Assembly (NCBI GenBank): GCA_041659445.1
Contig: JBAZYG010000002.1
Coordinates: 150,001 to 182,000 of the forward strand
Length of the DNA: 32,000 bases
Origin: Candidatus Saccharimonadota bacterium
GTDB lineage: Archaea > Nanobdellota > Nanobdellia > Pacearchaeales > GW2011-AR1
Direction of reading: 5' to 3'
Shown: positions 29,562-32,000 of the stretch, in pieces
Layout: the number at the start of each line of letters is the position of its first letter
How positions within the stretch are numbered: position 1 is the first letter of the stretch
Program-made: the position numbers and the translations under genes
The notes under the pieces: model-generated
Seen by the model: only the letters and a program-made list of their open reading frames with translations
What the model was told of the DNA's origin: nothing
Database searches by the model: none

Positions 29562-32000
29562 AAAAACTTTTGTATGCATATTTATTTTAGTTTTGATAAT
29601 TGGAATTTTGCCTTTTGGTTTTTCTAATCTTGTTAATGAAGATAACTCTCAAAATTATTTAGATTTTGGAACAGAAATTTATTTTAATTTAAGACCATAT
29701 TTAGATGCAAATATTGAAGATTCCAGTTTTCAATTCTATGGTGCGACAATAACTAATTATGAAAATACTCTTGAAATTAATTTTGTTTCAGAAGATGCTT
29801 ATCCAGAAGATTTAAATTTTTTACAAAACATTAAACCTTCATCAATTTCAAAAAATAATTCGTATATTTTAATCAATCTTTCAATAAAAAAAATTCAAGA
29901 AGCAGATTTTAGCGTTTATGAAAACCAAAATTTTATTTTTGGAAATAATTATTTTTCTTTACCTGAAAATTCAAGAGTTATTTTTAAAAATAATTTAATT
30001 AAAATTAAAGTTGAAAATGGAGCAAACTTTTCTAAATCTCCTGGATTTTTAGATTTAGATGCATTAAGTTATAGTTTTGAAATTGAAGGAAAAGAAATTC
30101 AAGTTTCAGATGATCTGAAAATTATTGACGGAAAAGTTAAGGTAATACCCGAAGGATATCTTGTTGAACAGGGAAATGTGATTTCAAAAGGTAAAAGTAT
30201 TTTTGTCGAATCCAAAAAGGACCAAGTTTTAATTTCTAATTTTAATTTAAAAGGATATAGTGGAAATTGGATTTATGAGTTTTCAGATAATTTAGAGATT
30301 CATAGTTCTAACTTTGGTTCTGTTAAAATACAATTTTTAGAAGAAAATGGTTTGGTGAATGTTGAAAAAGAAGATTTGCTTTTAATTCAAGTTGAAAATG
30401 GTGATTCTTTGAAAATCATAAAACAAGATGATTTAAATGCAATTCCAAAATTTGAGCATATATCTTCTGAAAAGGGTAAAACTAAAATTACTAATGGAAA
30501 TATTGGAACCTTTGTTTACTCAAAAGAGGATTTAATACTTGAGAGGAATTCTTTGAATTTTGGAGATAGAAATTCTAAAAATAATGAAGTGGAGATGATT
30601 ATTCAATCAGATTCAGAAAATCTTGATTTTGACTTAAATATAAATTCAAACGGGGAAGCCTTTATACAAAAGGGAAATGTTATTCAAAAAATAAACGAAG
30701 AGTTAAGTGAGAATTTAAAAAATTTGGAAAAAGAACGTAATGAAGGTTTTGTGGTGCAATTTGAGGAAGAATTTAATTACACTTATTATGAAAAGATGTC
30801 TGGTTATCTTACAGAAGATGAATACTCTGAAATTTCCAATAAATTTGCTAATGAATTATCTAAATTTTCAGATGAAGATTTTAATTCAGAAAATTATCCA
30901 AATATAGAATCTTTAAATAATTTTTTAGATTATTGTATGAAAAACAAAATTCCTAAAGACAAATCCTTGGATTTTATTTCAAGTTATATTGAAAGTTCTG
31001 ATGAAAATACTGTGCCCGTTTTTAATGCACTTCCTTCATCTATTGAATCTCTAAAAAGAACTGGATTATCTTCTAAGCAATCAATGCAATTAATTTCTAC
31101 AACCCTTGAAAAATCTTCTTCAGAAGAAGGTTTAGCTATTTTAGAATCGAATAATCTTTTAAGTCCAATAAATAGTTTAAATAAATTTTTTACTCCTGAG
31201 CAAAGTTATGAAATAACTAACTCTTGGATTGAAAAATGCGATAAAGATTGTAATATAAACTCTGTTTTCGACGATATTTCGTCTAATAAAGGATATCTTG
31301 ATTTGTCATCTCGTTTATCTGGTTTAAAAGAAATTTATGGACTTAATAATCAAGAATGTTTTGAACTTACTAAAGGGGCTATAGAAAGAACAGAACCCGG
31401 GGGTGATGTATTGGTTAATTTTGGTAGTTCTATGGAGATGTTAAATTCGTTTAAATTTATGGGAGATTCAAAGCAAGAAGCACTTGAGAATATTGAAATA
31501 ATTCATAGAATTACAGGTGAATCTTTTAATTTTGCAAATGACTTTCTTATATCTTTTAAATTTGGGGGTTATACTTCTGATGAAGCTATTTATGCAATTA
31601 ATTTGATTGATAATTATATTGGAAAGGATTCTGAATACATGAAGTATGCAAAAGAAAATCCAGATTCAATAAAAGGATTTATATCAAAAAAGAAAATAAA
31701 GTCTTATGAATCACCTTCTGAAAAAAAAGGAGAAGAATGGGATAATTCAGATATAGATTATTTCATTAATAGTATTGAACGAGAGTCATATATTCAATTG
31801 CAGTTTTTTATTGATGATTTTACAGAAGAAAAAGGCAAAGAGAAAACAATGAATTTTCTTAAAGAAGCATCAAATGTTCTTGAGAGTTATACTCCTGAGG
31901 AATTGTTTGATTTAAATGGATTTGAGAAAATTTTACTTGTAAGAGAAATTGCAAAAAAATCTGGATTAAACTCTTTTGAAACAATAAAATTAGTTAGTTT
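29539..32000 (+). CDS. giant secreted/anchored protein (>820 aa, 3' end beyond window)
   Basis: ATG at 29539 overlaps the upstream gene by 23 nt. I translated every line to position 32000 in this frame and found no stop. The N-terminus MIIQRKFKKTFVCIFILVLIIGILPFGFS is a signal/anchor. It is absent from the ORF track because it is open-ended. Confidence 0.7.
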   Translation, partial: MIIQRKFKKTFVCIFILVLIIGILPFGFSNLVNEDNSQNYLDFGTEIYFNLRPYLDANIEDSSFQFYGATITNYENTLEINFVSEDAYPEDLNFLQNIKPSSISKNNSYILINLSIKKIQEADFSVYENQNFIFGNNYFSLPENSRVIFKNNLIKIKVENGANFSKSPGFLDLDALSYSFEIEGKEIQVSDDLKIIDGKVKVIPEGYLVEQGNVISKGKSIFVESKKDQVLISNFNLKGYSGNWIYEFSDNLEIHSSNFGSVKIQFLEENGLVNVEKEDLLLIQVENGDSLKIIKQDDLNAIPKFEHISSEKGKTKITNGNIGTFVYSKEDLILERNSLNFGDRNSKNNEVEMIIQSDSENLDFDLNINSNGEAFIQKGNVIQKINEELSENLKNLEKERNEGFVVQFEEEFNYTYYEKMSGYLTEDEYSEISNKFANELSKFSDEDFNSENYPNIESLNNFLDYCMKNKIPKDKSLDFISSYIESSDENTVPVFNALPSSIESLKRTGLSSKQSMQLISTTLEKSSSEEGLAILESNNLLSPINSLNKFFTPEQSYEITNSWIEKCDKDCNINSVFDDISSNKGYLDLSSRLSGLKEIYGLNNQECFELTKGAIERTEPGGDVLVNFGSSMEMLNSFKFMGDSKQEALENIEIIHRITGESFNFANDFLISFKFGGYTSDEAIYAINLIDNYIGKDSEYMKYAKENPDSIKGFISKKKIKSYESPSEKKGEEWDNSDIDYFINSIERESYIQLQFFIDDFTEEKGKEKTMNFLKEASNVLESYTPEELFDLNGFEKILLVREIAKKSGLNSFETIKLVS

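Noticed and set aside
1-32000. Integrated provirus, transposon or defence island
   Set aside because: No integrase, transposase, capsid, terminase, restriction-modification, Cas or toxin-antitoxin signatures were recognisable. Only the 16-nt duplication at 22971/23039 hints at past integration.

Overview
This is an AT-rich, very gene-dense 32-kb piece of an archaeal chromosome. It most resembles a small-genome DPANN-type archaeon (Woesearchaeota/Pacearchaeota-like). That placement is an inference from eS19/eL39/eL31/P0/P1 ribosomal proteins, Cbf5, TrmY, TTTATAAA promoter boxes about 25 nt upstream of start codons, many overlapping genes and a form III-type RuBisCO. I support about 47 protein genes, one tRNA-Phe(GAA) and an RNase P RNA. 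Two large ORFs are missing from the ORF track because they run off the window: an XPD-like helicase (1-1515, minus strand) and a secreted protein of more than 820 aa (29539-32000, plus strand). Housekeeping content includes the L1-P0-P1 stalk operon, the eS19-eL39-eL31 operon, CysRS, class II LysRS, a three-glycosylase base-excision-repair cluster (Nth, Ogg2, AlkD-like), Cbf5/TrmY, RNase HI, acylphosphatase and a SemiSWEET-like transporter. I found no CRISPR array, transposase, integrase or recognisable defence system. The best candidates for something undescribed are: (1) a surface-protein island at 23.7-32 kb, with a lamin-tail-domain protein, two co-transcribed anchored proteins carrying repeated Cys...CC modules (one also has a proline-rich cytoplasmic tail), a prepilin-like protein and the giant ORF with a repeated helical module; (2) a ~30-nt intergenic motif or micro-ORF conserved at two loci 13.6 kb apart, each directly upstream of a membrane or secreted protein gene; (3) an unusually long intergenic region (22988-23159) with a 16-nt duplication of the upstream gene's 3' end, a GC island and a 14-bp x5 tandem array upstream of an Hjc-like nuclease; (4) RuBisCO translationally coupled to a Nudix hydrolase; (5) a bacterial/phage-flavoured RyR-like + M23 peptidase cassette inside the cbf5-trmY operon; (6) a membrane-anchored protein with an ADP-ribosyltransferase-like motif pattern. 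All family assignments come from reading motifs by eye, with no database search.
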